A stretch of DNA of 43,339 bases from a virus. Numbering within the stretch: position 1 is the stretch's first letter; each line of letters opens with the position of its first letter. Positions 23,925 to 32,946 of this stretch are shown here, one piece after another. The DNA lies in the IMG/VR virus record IMGVR_UViG_3300031949_000080, positions 1 to 43,339 of that record; one strand, 5' to 3'. The notes under the pieces were generated by a model. That model worked only from the letters and a program-made list of their open reading frames with translations. It made no database searches and had not been told where the DNA came from. The position numbers and the translations under genes were made by a program.

Positions 23925-25684
23925 TGAGGCTTCTCCTTACCTGCGATGATAGTTGCTGCAGCAGCGTCAACAATAGTTAACGAGTTAGTCTTAGCTTTCT
24001 GATACATCTTAGTCTTAAACAGGTAATCTCTAACAGATTTCTCGTCCTTGAGATTAACATTAATTTTCGACCCGAACAAGCTGCCACTGGATGCTGTTGC
24101 GGTATACGGTAATGCAGAAGCTGCAGGCAACCCTACTAACTGAGGTCTACCAAGAGCATCTATTTGAGCAGAAGCAGAATTTGCATACGCTATAAGTCCT
24201 GCAATTTTAACTGACTCAGGTAAGTCAGAGCTCTTAACCGCAGCCAGCAGTACCTCAGCAGACACCGTAGGATTCGCAGCAGCTAGCGGTCTAAGTATCT
24301 TCGCAGTAAATGAGGACACCTCTGGTGTGTTCATACTGGCCATCTCAGTAAGCGGTGCTAATACTGGTTGACCGTACTCAGAGCTATCAGTATCTCGCAC
24401 CACCTCATCTACATACATACTAGCTGCACCATTAATCCTAGCTGCCTGATCTGCAGGCTTAACCGCACCTCCTGCACTATCTCTATCAGTACCAGCTGCC
24501 AGTGTCATTAACCTTGATTGGAACTTTTCAGATCCTTGAGGTAACTTACCATTAACAGTGCTCAACAGCGTATAGGCTTCTGCAGGAGAGCCAAATACAG
24601 GAGGAAGTGGAGAGTCAGCATTACTCAGTTGGTGACCTACAAGCTGCATTCCAGCATTTGCTAGTGTGTCAATCATTGCACCCTGTTTAGGATTCATAGA
24701 TTTATACTCACCTACGTACTGAGCTGTGTACAAATCCGCATCAGGTCTGCCTAGCGACTTCATAGCTACTCGAACATAACCTGCAAGTACTGCTGGATCT
24801 TTATCCTTAGCTCCCAATAAGGCCCACTGACGCTTAGCGTTTTCGACTCCTAGAGCGAGACTCCCTGTTTGATACGCTGTAGCTTGTTTATGCTGTGAAG
24901 CACTCATTATACGAGTTGCGTAATCTGCACCAATAGCTAATGCGGACTCTCTCGCACTATTTGCCTCAGTCATAAGTTTCTCAGCCGCAACTGTTTGCGC
25001 GTCAGCTGCTGCTCCAGCATACAGTGTAACTTCTGTAGCCTTATTAATCTGTGCCTGCCCTGATACAATTCCTTGAAGCTCTTTAATTCTATTAGCCTCT
25101 GCTGCAATTACTGTAGCATCAGTGGCTGCGTGTTCCTCATAACCAGAAGCTGGGTGAGAGAACTTAGCATCATACCACTCAGAAAATGTGGCATTACCAC
25201 GAAGCATAGCACCAACAGTCATGTCTCCTTGATGCCTAGCCAGTTCAACATTCTTTACATAACTGTCTGTGCGCTCATTAATAGCTTTTATAGAGTTACC
25301 GAGAACTCCAGCTACGTCAAGACCTGCAGTTTCCCGCAGTGACTTATTCTTTAACTGTGTTTCATAATCTGCAGCTACCTGCGCCTCAGTTAATTTACCT
25401 GTAGCTAACGCTGCAGCAGTCTTAGTTCCTGCAGTGCTAGTAGCTAACTCTGCTCTAGCTGCTGCGATCTTACCTTCAGTCTCAAGAACTAATTTTTGTT
25501 TTGCACTCTCAGCAGCTACTGCTCCTGTAGCAGTTTGCAGTATCTGCGTTAATGTATCCAGATTTGCAGGACTCTGTACTTTTGCTGACACACTTGTACC
25601 TCCAGTACTTTCGGAAGCTTTTAAAGAGCTAGATACAATACCTGCCAGATCAAAACCAGAAGTACCTGCAGAAGTCTCAGCCAC
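23921..25684 (-). CDS. Internal virion protein (about 587 aa; T7 gp15-like position)
   Basis: I prefer the GTG at 25684, 6 nt after GGGAGG, to the track TTG at 25708. The product is Ala-rich and helical. Confidence 0.55.
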   Translation of the reverse strand: MAETSAGTSGFDLAGIVSSSLKASESTGGTSVSAKVQSPANLDTLTQILQTATGAVAAESAKQKLVLETEGKIAAARAELATSTAGTKTAAALATGKLTEAQVAADYETQLKNKSLRETAGLDVAGVLGNSIKAINERTDSYVKNVELARHQGDMTVGAMLRGNATFSEWYDAKFSHPASGYEEHAATDATVIAAEANRIKELQGIVSGQAQINKATEVTLYAGAAADAQTVAAEKLMTEANSARESALAIGADYATRIMSASQHKQATAYQTGSLALGVENAKRQWALLGAKDKDPAVLAGYVRVAMKSLGRPDADLYTAQYVGEYKSMNPKQGAMIDTLANAGMQLVGHQLSNADSPLPPVFGSPAEAYTLLSTVNGKLPQGSEKFQSRLMTLAAGTDRDSAGGAVKPADQAARINGAASMYVDEVVRDTDSSEYGQPVLAPLTEMASMNTPEVSSFTAKILRPLAAANPTVSAEVLLAAVKSSDLPESVKIAGLIAYANSASAQIDALGRPQLVGLPAASALPYTATASSGSLFGSKINVNLKDEKSVRDYLFKTKMYQKAKTNSLTIVDAAAATIIAGKEKPQ

Positions 25685-26684
25685 GATTAGCCTCCCAAAG
25701 AGTGTCAAACTCTGTGTCAGTTACAACAGTTCCGATAACAAAACAGATAGGAGCTACGAAGGTACTCATAATCCAACCTGTAACATTATGTTCGCAGGAA
25801 TCAAGATAGTACGCTGCACAGTGTTTACTCCACCGTACTCCGAAGAACTTACCTACAGCGTAGGCTACGGAATTTCTCCTCATAAACTGTACAAACGGTA
25901 CAGCCCAGTAACGATAACCGCGAGCAGTAGCTTGCTTGAAATTATTCCTGACATAGCGATTATCTGCAATATACTCTTCACGGGTGAGAAATCCATCCAG
26001 ATACATTTGAGTACAAATTACTGTACCGAACGGACTACTGCCAGTTTGGCTGCCAGAGCCGCTATACCTGCCGCCAGCAACATCTCCAGGATTCATAGAA
26101 TCCCACAAGGCTCCTGCAGATCGTTCCTGATTAACAGATGTAGTATCAGTGATAGCAAGACTGTCAGAGGTAGAGGAACTATCACTAGTCGAAGTATTAG
26201 CAGCTGTAGATTTTTTACCTGTTGTTGCGTTCACTGCTCCAGTAGCTGCATTAATATTCGATGCGTTAGCGTTAGCATATTTAGTAATTGTGTCTAACAG
26301 TACCGCACTCTGAGTAGCTGAGGCTTTAGCACTAAGATCATTAGTAAGCATTTCTTTTGTTGTATTATTATAACCTCCAGCAGATTTAGCCGCCCCAGAA
26401 ATTCCTGGCATACCAGACTTTAGCACTTCTTTCATTGCATAATCTGCAGCCTGTTTAGAGTCTGCAATAGCTGCTGCCTTGCTTAACTCTCCACTGGTTA
26501 ACGATTTATCTAAAGCATCTTTTGCTGTAGAATCAAATGTAAGTGAGAGGTCTTGTACTGAGGTAGATTGCGCAGCCGTAGATTGAGTAGCAGAAGTGCT
26601 AGTGTCTACTGTACCATCTGTTGCTAGTGTAGTATCTTTATTGCTTGGGCCGAGAAACTCAAACCCTTGGATTCCTGTACCCAT
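25677..26684 (-). CDS. Internal virion protein (about 335 aa) with a hydrophobic C-terminal segment
   Basis: The ATG at 26684 lies 6 nt after AAGGAG. It has a Ser/Thr/Ala-rich N-half and a C-terminal WIMSTFVAPICFVIGTVV. Confidence 0.55.
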   Translation of the reverse strand: MGTGIQGFEFLGPSNKDTTLATDGTVDTSTSATQSTAAQSTSVQDLSLTFDSTAKDALDKSLTSGELSKAAAIADSKQAADYAMKEVLKSGMPGISGAAKSAGGYNNTTKEMLTNDLSAKASATQSAVLLDTITKYANANASNINAATGAVNATTGKKSTAANTSTSDSSSTSDSLAITDTTSVNQERSAGALWDSMNPGDVAGGRYSGSGSQTGSSPFGTVICTQMYLDGFLTREEYIADNRYVRNNFKQATARGYRYWAVPFVQFMRRNSVAYAVGKFFGVRWSKHCAAYYLDSCEHNVTGWIMSTFVAPICFVIGTVVTDTEFDTLWEANRG

Positions 26685-26720
26685 AATCATCTCCTTATTA
26701 CTGCAGTAGGTTATTTAAGT

Positions 26721-27119
26721 TTATTTAATTCCGTTACTTCTAATAGCAGACTTGTTCAATTCGTCTGCTTCGAGGAATAACTCTCCAGCTCTGAGTTGAA
26801 GAGTTCCAAAGCTTTCATCCACTCGGATTGAAAGTAACCTACTGGCTTCGTCTGTATCTGTACTTGCTGTACAGGAGCTGGTGGGAATATGCACGCGCAT
26901 CCTTGCAAGTTTAGCAGTAAGAGTATTAATAGTAACTGTGTTTTTATCATCATTTGCAAGTACCTCTTTAACCCTGTTTGCGTAACTAATAAGCGCATCA
27001 CGCTGAGACTCTACCTGCGCTGCTTCTTGATACTGTATACCCTTGTAAAATGCGCCTCCTATAGAGGCAAGGTAGATTACGACAGCTGCAAGAATTACCC
27101 AAGGATTAACTAAGCCCAT
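26721..27119 (-). CDS. Rz: i-spanin (Rz-like)
   Basis: The ATG at 27119 follows GAGGGTGA. It has an N-terminal TM WVILAAVVIYLASIGGAFY and a coiled-coil periplasmic part. The segment ARMRVHIPTSSC...ASRL recalls lambda Rz RLHIKAVC.... Confidence 0.7.
   Translation of the reverse strand: MGLVNPWVILAAVVIYLASIGGAFYKGIQYQEAAQVESQRDALISYANRVKEVLANDDKNTVTINTLTAKLARMRVHIPTSSCTASTDTDEASRLLSIRVDESFGTLQLRAGELFLEADELNKSAIRSNGIK
26756..26953 (-). CDS. Rz1: o-spanin (Rz1-like lipoprotein) fully embedded in the Rz gene in another frame
   Basis: MMIKTQLLLILLLLNLQGCACIFPPAPV...: a signal peptide plus a lipobox-like LQGC, followed by a Pro-rich mature part. It lies within 26721..27119. Confidence 0.65.
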   Translation of the reverse strand: MMIKTQLLLILLLLNLQGCACIFPPAPVQQVQIQTKPVGYFQSEWMKALELFNSELESYSSKQTN

Positions 27120-27447
27120 TATCACCCTCTCTGTGTTTGCGGTCTCTGCGCTCTGACTCATTGCTGGTACCACTGTACGCTGCGATATGTTCTATAACTC
27201 TAAACCGCTCATCAAGATACTGTTTAAATCTGTCAAACATATCACTCAGTTCAGGTTTAGTAGGATACTCTTTAACCAGTGTGTGCTTAAGAGTGTTGAG
27301 TTCAGCTACATCTACTACATGAGCTTTCTCCAGCTCCTCTATATCCCTGTCCATACGATTAACTTTGAACATGATTAATACTCCAATGATGCCGAACAGT
27401 GTCCCAAATATGGCAAGCATCACAGTTACCCAATCAGCTGTTGTCAT
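27106..27447 (-). CDS. Candidate holin (113 aa, single N-terminal TM, charged C-terminus)
   Basis: TM WVTVMLAIFGTLFGIIGVLIMF. ATGA overlap with the endolysin stop. It sits between the endolysin and the spanins. Confidence 0.55.
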   Translation of the reverse strand: MTTADWVTVMLAIFGTLFGIIGVLIMFKVNRMDRDIEELEKAHVVDVAELNTLKHTLVKEYPTKPELSDMFDRFKQYLDERFRVIEHIAAYSGTSNESERRDRKHREGDNGLS

Positions 27448-27923
27448 GAGATAATTACCTTACCTTCTATATCCGTTAATCCCTTAGCGTATCTGCCAGT
27501 CTTAAGTAATGTTAGCACCTGACCTCTAGGCTTGGAATCAGGGGAGCAGAATGAGATGTGTACCCAAGTGTGTTCAAGTATCAACTGATCAAATCGTAAT
27601 AGGTCTTGGTACTGGATAAGTTTCTGACATATAGCTAACGGAGTTCCGAAGGTTGGGGAGACAAAATCTACTGCCAAACCTAACAGATGCTGTGAAGTAT
27701 CTTTAGATTTAAGTGCGCGATTGAGCAGTAAACATCGAATCCATGAATCAATATGAATAGGAGATTCCAGTATGAGCCTAACTTTTTCCATACGAGTAGC
27801 TGTAAGTCTAGCATTAGCTAATACTTCTGGAGATACCTGAGTATTATCTATACCTAACCTAGCTGCTGTAGATGAACGAGTAGCTTCAGTTAGGCTGAAA
27901 TGTTCTGAGAGATATAAAGTCAT
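27444..27923 (-). CDS. Endolysin, zinc peptidase of the M15/LAS type
   Basis: H-x6-D (HLLGLAVD) and a distal His (EHTWVHISF). The N-terminal LSEHFSLTEATRS motif is typical of phage M15 peptidases. The ATG at 27923 overlaps the upstream stop (ATGA). Confidence 0.8.
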   Translation of the reverse strand: MTLYLSEHFSLTEATRSSTAARLGIDNTQVSPEVLANARLTATRMEKVRLILESPIHIDSWIRCLLLNRALKSKDTSQHLLGLAVDFVSPTFGTPLAICQKLIQYQDLLRFDQLILEHTWVHISFCSPDSKPRGQVLTLLKTGRYAKGLTDIEGKVIIS

Positions 27924-28180
27924 ACTGAAGTCACCACTTCCCAAGCAGCTGCCCCACCAACCACAAGTTTGTGTATAGTGATATCGTAAATGAGCAAGCC
28001 TTCTCTGTAATCTGGGCGAGTTGCAGTAGTGTACTGTGGAACTATTGAAGCTTGCAGTGTTCTTAGTGCTTGATACACTGCAAGTAATTCCTCGTAGACC
28101 GCAGGATCAGTGACAGCGTTATCAGGTATCATGGGTAATCCTAGATCAATAGCACTGGTAATTGGGGCGTTAATAGGCAT
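27920..28180 (-). CDS. Hypothetical structural-operon protein (86 aa)
   Basis: AGGAG upstream, packed between the tail gene and the endolysin. Confidence 0.6.
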   Translation of the reverse strand: MPINAPITSAIDLGLPMIPDNAVTDPAVYEELLAVYQALRTLQASIVPQYTTATRPDYREGLLIYDITIHKLVVGGAAAWEVVTSV

Positions 28181-28186
28181 GGCTGG

Positions 28187-29812
28187 TTATCTCCTAGAAC
28201 CGAGTACTGCAGTAATTTCAATAGTGCTGAAATCGAAACTCCCTATAGCTGTTAACAAATGATTCTTACCGATTGCGCGAATTGCGTAAGTTCTCATCAA
28301 TTCACCTCTTGTAAGTTCTGTAGGAGTACGAGCTGCAGCTAAATCCTTACCATTCAGTGAGGAGGTTACAAGTAGGGCGAAATTATCATTACTGGTTGCG
28401 ATACTCTCTACTTCTATACCTTGCAGTTCTAACAAGTGAGAACGAACTGCTTGGTACTTACCGAGCACCAGTACTGCGGTACCTTCATGAGAGTCATAAT
28501 CCATTAACGCAATTAATACTGCCCCACTATTCTGCAGCACTCCAAATATTCTACCCATCTGAGGGGCTTGATTCAGCGATATAGCAGATGAGCCATAAGT
28601 TTCTGGGGAGGCAGCGGCATAACTAAGTCCAAGCTCTGAAGCTTCATTATACGCACCTATTACACCTTCCATGTTTGTTTCTATCTCAAATATACATGCA
28701 TGAGTAATATGCAATTTACCCCAACGCTTGAGAGCTGAGTCGTATACAAGACAGTCAGTGTATGATTGCACAGTACCAGAAGAGGCAGTGATACCGTAAC
28801 TCAAAACAATCCAGCGAGCACCTAGTACTGTGATACGTGTAGCTAGATTAGTAACTAGTGCTGTGGAGTCTATTTTGTCCGTACTGAAATTGTACGCTTC
28901 GTAAACTCTAGCAGCCAGAAAGTCTGTAACCTCTGGTACAATTACAGTGCAGCCTTGCATGGTAACTTGCAGCGCTCCAGCAAATGTTAATGCTACATGA
29001 TATGTTAGATTATGACTTAGAGATACTTTCTTATAACTATCTATACCTGAACCACTTGGAGCACGACGAAATACCCAAGGAAATTGTGTGTTATTACTAA
29101 AACTTGCCAGTACTATATTCTGCGTAGTATATATTACGAACCCCGTACCTAAAGGGATTATGATTACTATCAGTCCTGCGAGATCGGTAGGTATGCTAGA
29201 GCCTGCACCAGTGATAAGAGATGGTACAAAATCCAGAGGATCAATAGTAGAACTCCAGTATACTGTACCTGTAGCATCCCAGAGGATTAGATAGTTTAAT
29301 GCGCTGGTCATACCTAGAATATTAGCTGCAGTGATACCGGCTAGTGCAGTAAGTGTGAGAGCTACTGTAGCAATGTCAACTAGATAACAACCATTATTTG
29401 CAAGATACAGGTAGGAGACACCATTTGCTACACCTACAGTTACTGCGTCAGCGCCCGCCCAACTTGCAGGAGTTACATCTACCCAAGTAGGTGCGTCCTC
29501 TGTGAGCATGTAAATAGCGGAATCCAGAGTAACGCCAATAAGCGCTTTATTCTGTGATGTATCTCGAACAGTGAATACTTGAATAAAGTTAAGGTTAGCT
29601 GGATCAGCAGCTGCTACTAAATCTTTATATCTTACAGATTTACAGCCTTGCTGTGTTGGCAATACATCCTGACAGTACAGTATTTGAGGTGTTTGCAGAG
29701 CTGCTGAGTTCTGACCATCTTGGGTTGGCTGCACAACAGTTCTCGCTGCCCAGCTATAGAGCAGAGGAAACTCAGCTTCATTTAGGTTAATACGAGATTT
29801 AAGTTGTGCCAT
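28187..29812 (-). CDS. Tail structural protein (541 aa; nozzle or tubular-B-like by position)
   Basis: Its size and position in the late operon, and a beta-rich sequence. No motif recognised. Confidence 0.45.
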   Translation of the reverse strand: MAQLKSRINLNEAEFPLLYSWAARTVVQPTQDGQNSAALQTPQILYCQDVLPTQQGCKSVRYKDLVAAADPANLNFIQVFTVRDTSQNKALIGVTLDSAIYMLTEDAPTWVDVTPASWAGADAVTVGVANGVSYLYLANNGCYLVDIATVALTLTALAGITAANILGMTSALNYLILWDATGTVYWSSTIDPLDFVPSLITGAGSSIPTDLAGLIVIIIPLGTGFVIYTTQNIVLASFSNNTQFPWVFRRAPSGSGIDSYKKVSLSHNLTYHVALTFAGALQVTMQGCTVIVPEVTDFLAARVYEAYNFSTDKIDSTALVTNLATRITVLGARWIVLSYGITASSGTVQSYTDCLVYDSALKRWGKLHITHACIFEIETNMEGVIGAYNEASELGLSYAAASPETYGSSAISLNQAPQMGRIFGVLQNSGAVLIALMDYDSHEGTAVLVLGKYQAVRSHLLELQGIEVESIATSNDNFALLVTSSLNGKDLAAARTPTELTRGELMRTYAIRAIGKNHLLTAIGSFDFSTIEITAVLGSRR

Positions 29813-29823
29813 GGTGTAGGATA

Positions 29824-30159
29824 TTATGGTTTATTAGCTATATGAAACGGAGAGATGTAATCCACTCTATCTCCAAGGTATCTAGCGCGCTCACCTTTCC
29901 AGCCTGTGTCATAATAATGATAACGGAGCCTGCCGCTGATAGTCCACTTGTAAGGCATAATCTCGTGAAACACTAAGATGCCAAATACTGGAGCTAACGT
30001 TATATCTACGATACCAGCTATTATGATGATAGGAGCACAAGGTAAAACTACCCACCAGCGGCGTGCCCTTATTGCGGGCAGTAAACCAGCGTATAACACA
30101 AATCCGATATAAAATACCCAGAGGCTACTAGCTGCAATAGCGAGCGACATTAGTTCCAT
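29824..30159 (-). CDS. Three-TM membrane protein (111 aa) inside the tail gene block
   Basis: GGAGG lies 7 nt upstream. It has three hydrophobic segments followed by a basic/aromatic tail. Confidence 0.6.
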   Translation of the reverse strand: MELMSLAIAASSLWVFYIGFVLYAGLLPAIRARRWWVVLPCAPIIIIAGIVDITLAPVFGILVFHEIMPYKWTISGRLRYHYYDTGWKGERARYLGDRVDYISPFHIANKP

Positions 30160-30659
30160 GTCACTGCCTCCACCTCAGCAGTAGTTATTGCAGAGCGCAC
30201 TTGCTGCTTGCGAGTTTGCAACTGGATGAACGCCGCCTTGCCGCGCGCCAGCATCGCACCGGAGAGGCCCTGGAGTTCGGCGAATGTGACGGCGTGGATT
30301 ACGTTGGCGGCGTCCTGCCAAAAGTCCGGAGCGTAGAGCGCACCACCAGACAGCGACTTTACCAGAACCTGCTGGCTGTACTCATCTGCTTGGAACATCG
30401 CGTCAAGGTATTCGATGTTCGCGTAGATGGTGGCATCGTAGGCGGCTTGCAGTTCGGCAAACTTCTCCGCCTGCGCTGTTGCCAGCGGCTTGACGTACGG
30501 CGTCACAGCGCCGAACTCACCGGAGAGCGCGGCTGCGTACATCTCAGCAGTGGGTGCGTCATCAGGATGCGTTGAGCAGGGTAACCAGCCGCGCTTCGGA
30601 TGGTTGAATTCGAGGTCGATACCGCCGACGTGATTCTGTTTCAGGTTTCTAAGTTCCAT
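30150..30659 (-). CDS. Tail-fibre accessory/chaperone-like protein (DUF4376-like, 169 aa)
   Basis: It lies immediately downstream of the fibre gene with AGGAG upstream. The C-terminal pattern (...TFAELQGL...AAFIQLQTRKQQVRSAITTAEVEAV) resembles DUF4376 as I recall it. It is strongly GC-rich. Confidence 0.5.
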   Translation of the reverse strand: MELRNLKQNHVGGIDLEFNHPKRGWLPCSTHPDDAPTAEMYAAALSGEFGAVTPYVKPLATAQAEKFAELQAAYDATIYANIEYLDAMFQADEYSQQVLVKSLSGGALYAPDFWQDAANVIHAVTFAELQGLSGAMLARGKAAFIQLQTRKQQVRSAITTAEVEAVTWN

Positions 30660-30667
30660 GATTTCTC

Positions 30668-31651
30668 CTATGCGATGCGCTGCGTAACCACTACATGCTC
30701 TGCTGCATCGGCAGGAATAGTCCCTGACACATTACGCCAAGTCCCATTCCGCGCAGTATTTGGGGTAAACCCGCCTGCATTAAGACACACGCTGCTGATC
30801 GAGCTGCCAGCAATCGTATCCCCGGCAGCCCACGCGCCAGATAGGTGGTGGTATGAAAGTGCATAGCACCCAATGTCGGCAACATCAGTATCATTATTCA
30901 CAAAACCCGCCATGCAGTACGCAGTCGTTGCAAGCTGCGTGTTGTTCGTGCCGACCGATTCTGTGTTGCTGGTGCAGTTATCCAGCGCGCCGGATGCCGG
31001 AGTGTTCAGCGCACCGCCGTTGGTAAGGGCGGCAGAAGTAGTTGCACTGGTTGCACTGGTTGCACTGGTCGCCGTATCCGCATTCCCAACCAAATCCCCA
31101 ACAAACCCTGCAGCAGTCAGCGTGTTAGTATTCGCGTTATACGTCAGCCCAGAATCAATAAATGGGAGTTGATTACCCGTAGCCGCGGCACCAACCAGCA
31201 CTACCTGCGTCGTTGTGTCTGTCGATGTCGTTGCGCTGATGTTGATAGAACTTGATGCTACAACAGGATACAGCTGAATCATTCGGAACTGTGTCGCAGT
31301 AATCGCCAGAACCTTAAATATAGTCCCAGCCGCTACAGTTAATGTATCTCCACTAGCAGTACCATCTATCAACAGATTTGCGCCAGCAGTAAACTGCGCA
31401 GCTCCTGCACACACCAGAGTTCTTTCGTGTTGGCCTGCATTGGCAGCTGCCGCAAATCCAGTAGCTACTGCAGTTCCGGTGTAATTAATCGTCAGTGCTG
31501 CCGTAGCGAATATATCTGGAGTAGTAGCGGACGCCACTGTACTAATCGTACTCAACGCAGTCTTCAGTGTTCTGAATTCCGCAGCTGCAGTACTTCTATC
31601 TACAGTATCCAGCGGGTTAGTGATATCATTTGCATCTGCTGTATAAGCCAT
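30668..31651 (-). CDS. Tail fibre / receptor-binding protein (327 aa)
   Basis: Gly/Ala/Thr/Ser-rich with an ATSATSATSATT repeat and an NTQLATTAY collar-like motif common in tail fibres. Its C-terminal two-thirds are GC-rich. Confidence 0.65.
   Translation of the reverse strand: MAYTADANDITNPLDTVDRSTAAAEFRTLKTALSTISTVASATTPDIFATAALTINYTGTAVATGFAAAANAGQHERTLVCAGAAQFTAGANLLIDGTASGDTLTVAAGTIFKVLAITATQFRMIQLYPVVASSSINISATTSTDTTTQVVLVGAAATGNQLPFIDSGLTYNANTNTLTAAGFVGDLVGNADTATSATSATSATTSAALTNGGALNTPASGALDNCTSNTESVGTNNTQLATTAYCMAGFVNNDTDVADIGCYALSYHHLSGAWAAGDTIAGSSISSVCLNAGGFTPNTARNGTWRNVSGTIPADAAEHVVVTQRIA
31041..31067. repeat. Perfect 9-bp tandem repeat (GTTGCACTG)x3 inside the fibre gene
   Basis: Read directly. 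It encodes the (ATS)n stretch on the minus strand. Confidence 0.9.
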
Positions 31652-31652
31652 G

Positions 31653-32258
31653 TTAAATCTCCGACATTCTTAGAAGTTGTAAACTCTCTTGGAACATTCC
31701 AGCGTATCTTGCAGCTTCCGCATCTTTACCGATAGTGGCAAATACTGTTGCAGCAGCTTCTACTACAATATTATCTTTGAACTGTTCTGCTATCCATGAA
31801 TCATAAACTGTAGGAGCTACATCAGGGAAGCGATAATAGTTAACTCTCAGCGTAGTTAACAACTTGTTTGCCCTGAGGCTTACTTGTCTACCTGCCTGAT
31901 ACCAATAGTTCACCATCTCAATCGCATAACTATCCATTATGCGATCTTGATCTAGTTCTGTGAACTGTAACTCATAACCTGTAGGAGTTACATTGTACTC
32001 TGAGATACTTGCTACTTTACGCACCAGAGGGTATGTAGCTGAAACGGTGAGATCAAGCGTGTAGCGAAATGACTCAGCACTAGAGTCTAATACAGGTACA
32101 GTAATAAGTGCGAATGTGATATCATTCTTCCACAAATCTGCTAGATGAAACTTCATAGTAGCTTTTCTCAGAGCCAACGCAGATTCCGCCAACAGGTCTG
32201 GGCGACCAGTGAGTGCGTACATGTCATCCAACAGTGCTAAATATGTTGCTTGGCTCAT
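31653..32258 (-). CDS. Head-tail adaptor or tail tubular-A-like structural protein (201 aa)
   Basis: Its position after the capsid genes and a size similar to T7 gp11-class proteins. AAGGAA upstream. Confidence 0.4.
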   Translation of the reverse strand: MSQATYLALLDDMYALTGRPDLLAESALALRKATMKFHLADLWKNDITFALITVPVLDSSAESFRYTLDLTVSATYPLVRKVASISEYNVTPTGYELQFTELDQDRIMDSYAIEMVNYWYQAGRQVSLRANKLLTTLRVNYYRFPDVAPTVYDSWIAEQFKDNIVVEAAATVFATIGKDAEAARYAGMFQESLQLLRMSEI

Positions 32259-32347
32259 AAGAGTTCCTTAGTAAGGAGGTATTAACTAATATTAACTAAT
32301 TAGGTTACACACTGATTGGCAATGCGTAACCTAGTAATTATCAGCAG

Positions 32348-32869
32348 TTAAGGTTTGGAGGGGAGGCTGATACTTACTTTTGCTGGCGCTGCTACAGTAG
32401 AATCACTGCTCGCTGCGCCATCACCGATTGTAGTACTATTCGCTACGTTTAACTTAGTCTGAATAGAGCTACCTGCATCGTTAGATTTAACCACACTAGC
32501 AGCTTGCAGTTTCGTAAACTCCTCAAAGTGTTTCTTTTTTAGCATTTCCAGCGGTTCGATAGATGCAGCAGCTACTACCTCATCTGCCTTGCTGCTGATA
32601 TTCGGATGATTCATTGCAATCTCAGCATCCAGCTCCTGAATCTCGTGTTCGATATTCGTAGCGTATTCTGAGTTAACTCCGTTCTTAGTCAGGAACGGTG
32701 CTACTTTACCATTCTTAAATACGTAGCGCGCAGATACTAGACTCATCCTGAATACTCGCGCAGGTACTTTAGCCATTGAACTGTTCTTAAGATTTGCAAG
32801 TAACGCGGCCGAGTGTGCTGTCATACTAGATTCGTTCTGGGATGCTGCTACAGTTACAGGGTCTGCCAT
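32348..32869 (-). CDS. Hypothetical head-associated protein (173 aa)
   Basis: AAGGAG upstream, directly downstream of the major capsid gene. Confidence 0.6.
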   Translation of the reverse strand: MADPVTVAASQNESSMTAHSAALLANLKNSSMAKVPARVFRMSLVSARYVFKNGKVAPFLTKNGVNSEYATNIEHEIQELDAEIAMNHPNISSKADEVVAAASIEPLEMLKKKHFEEFTKLQAASVVKSNDAGSSIQTKLNVANSTTIGDGAASSDSTVAAPAKVSISLPSKP

Positions 32870-32946
32870 GATTGAAACTCCTTAGGTTATGTTACAGGGT
32901 GTGGACTAACTATGCTGCACCCCTCCGAAGAGAGATGCAGAGTTAC

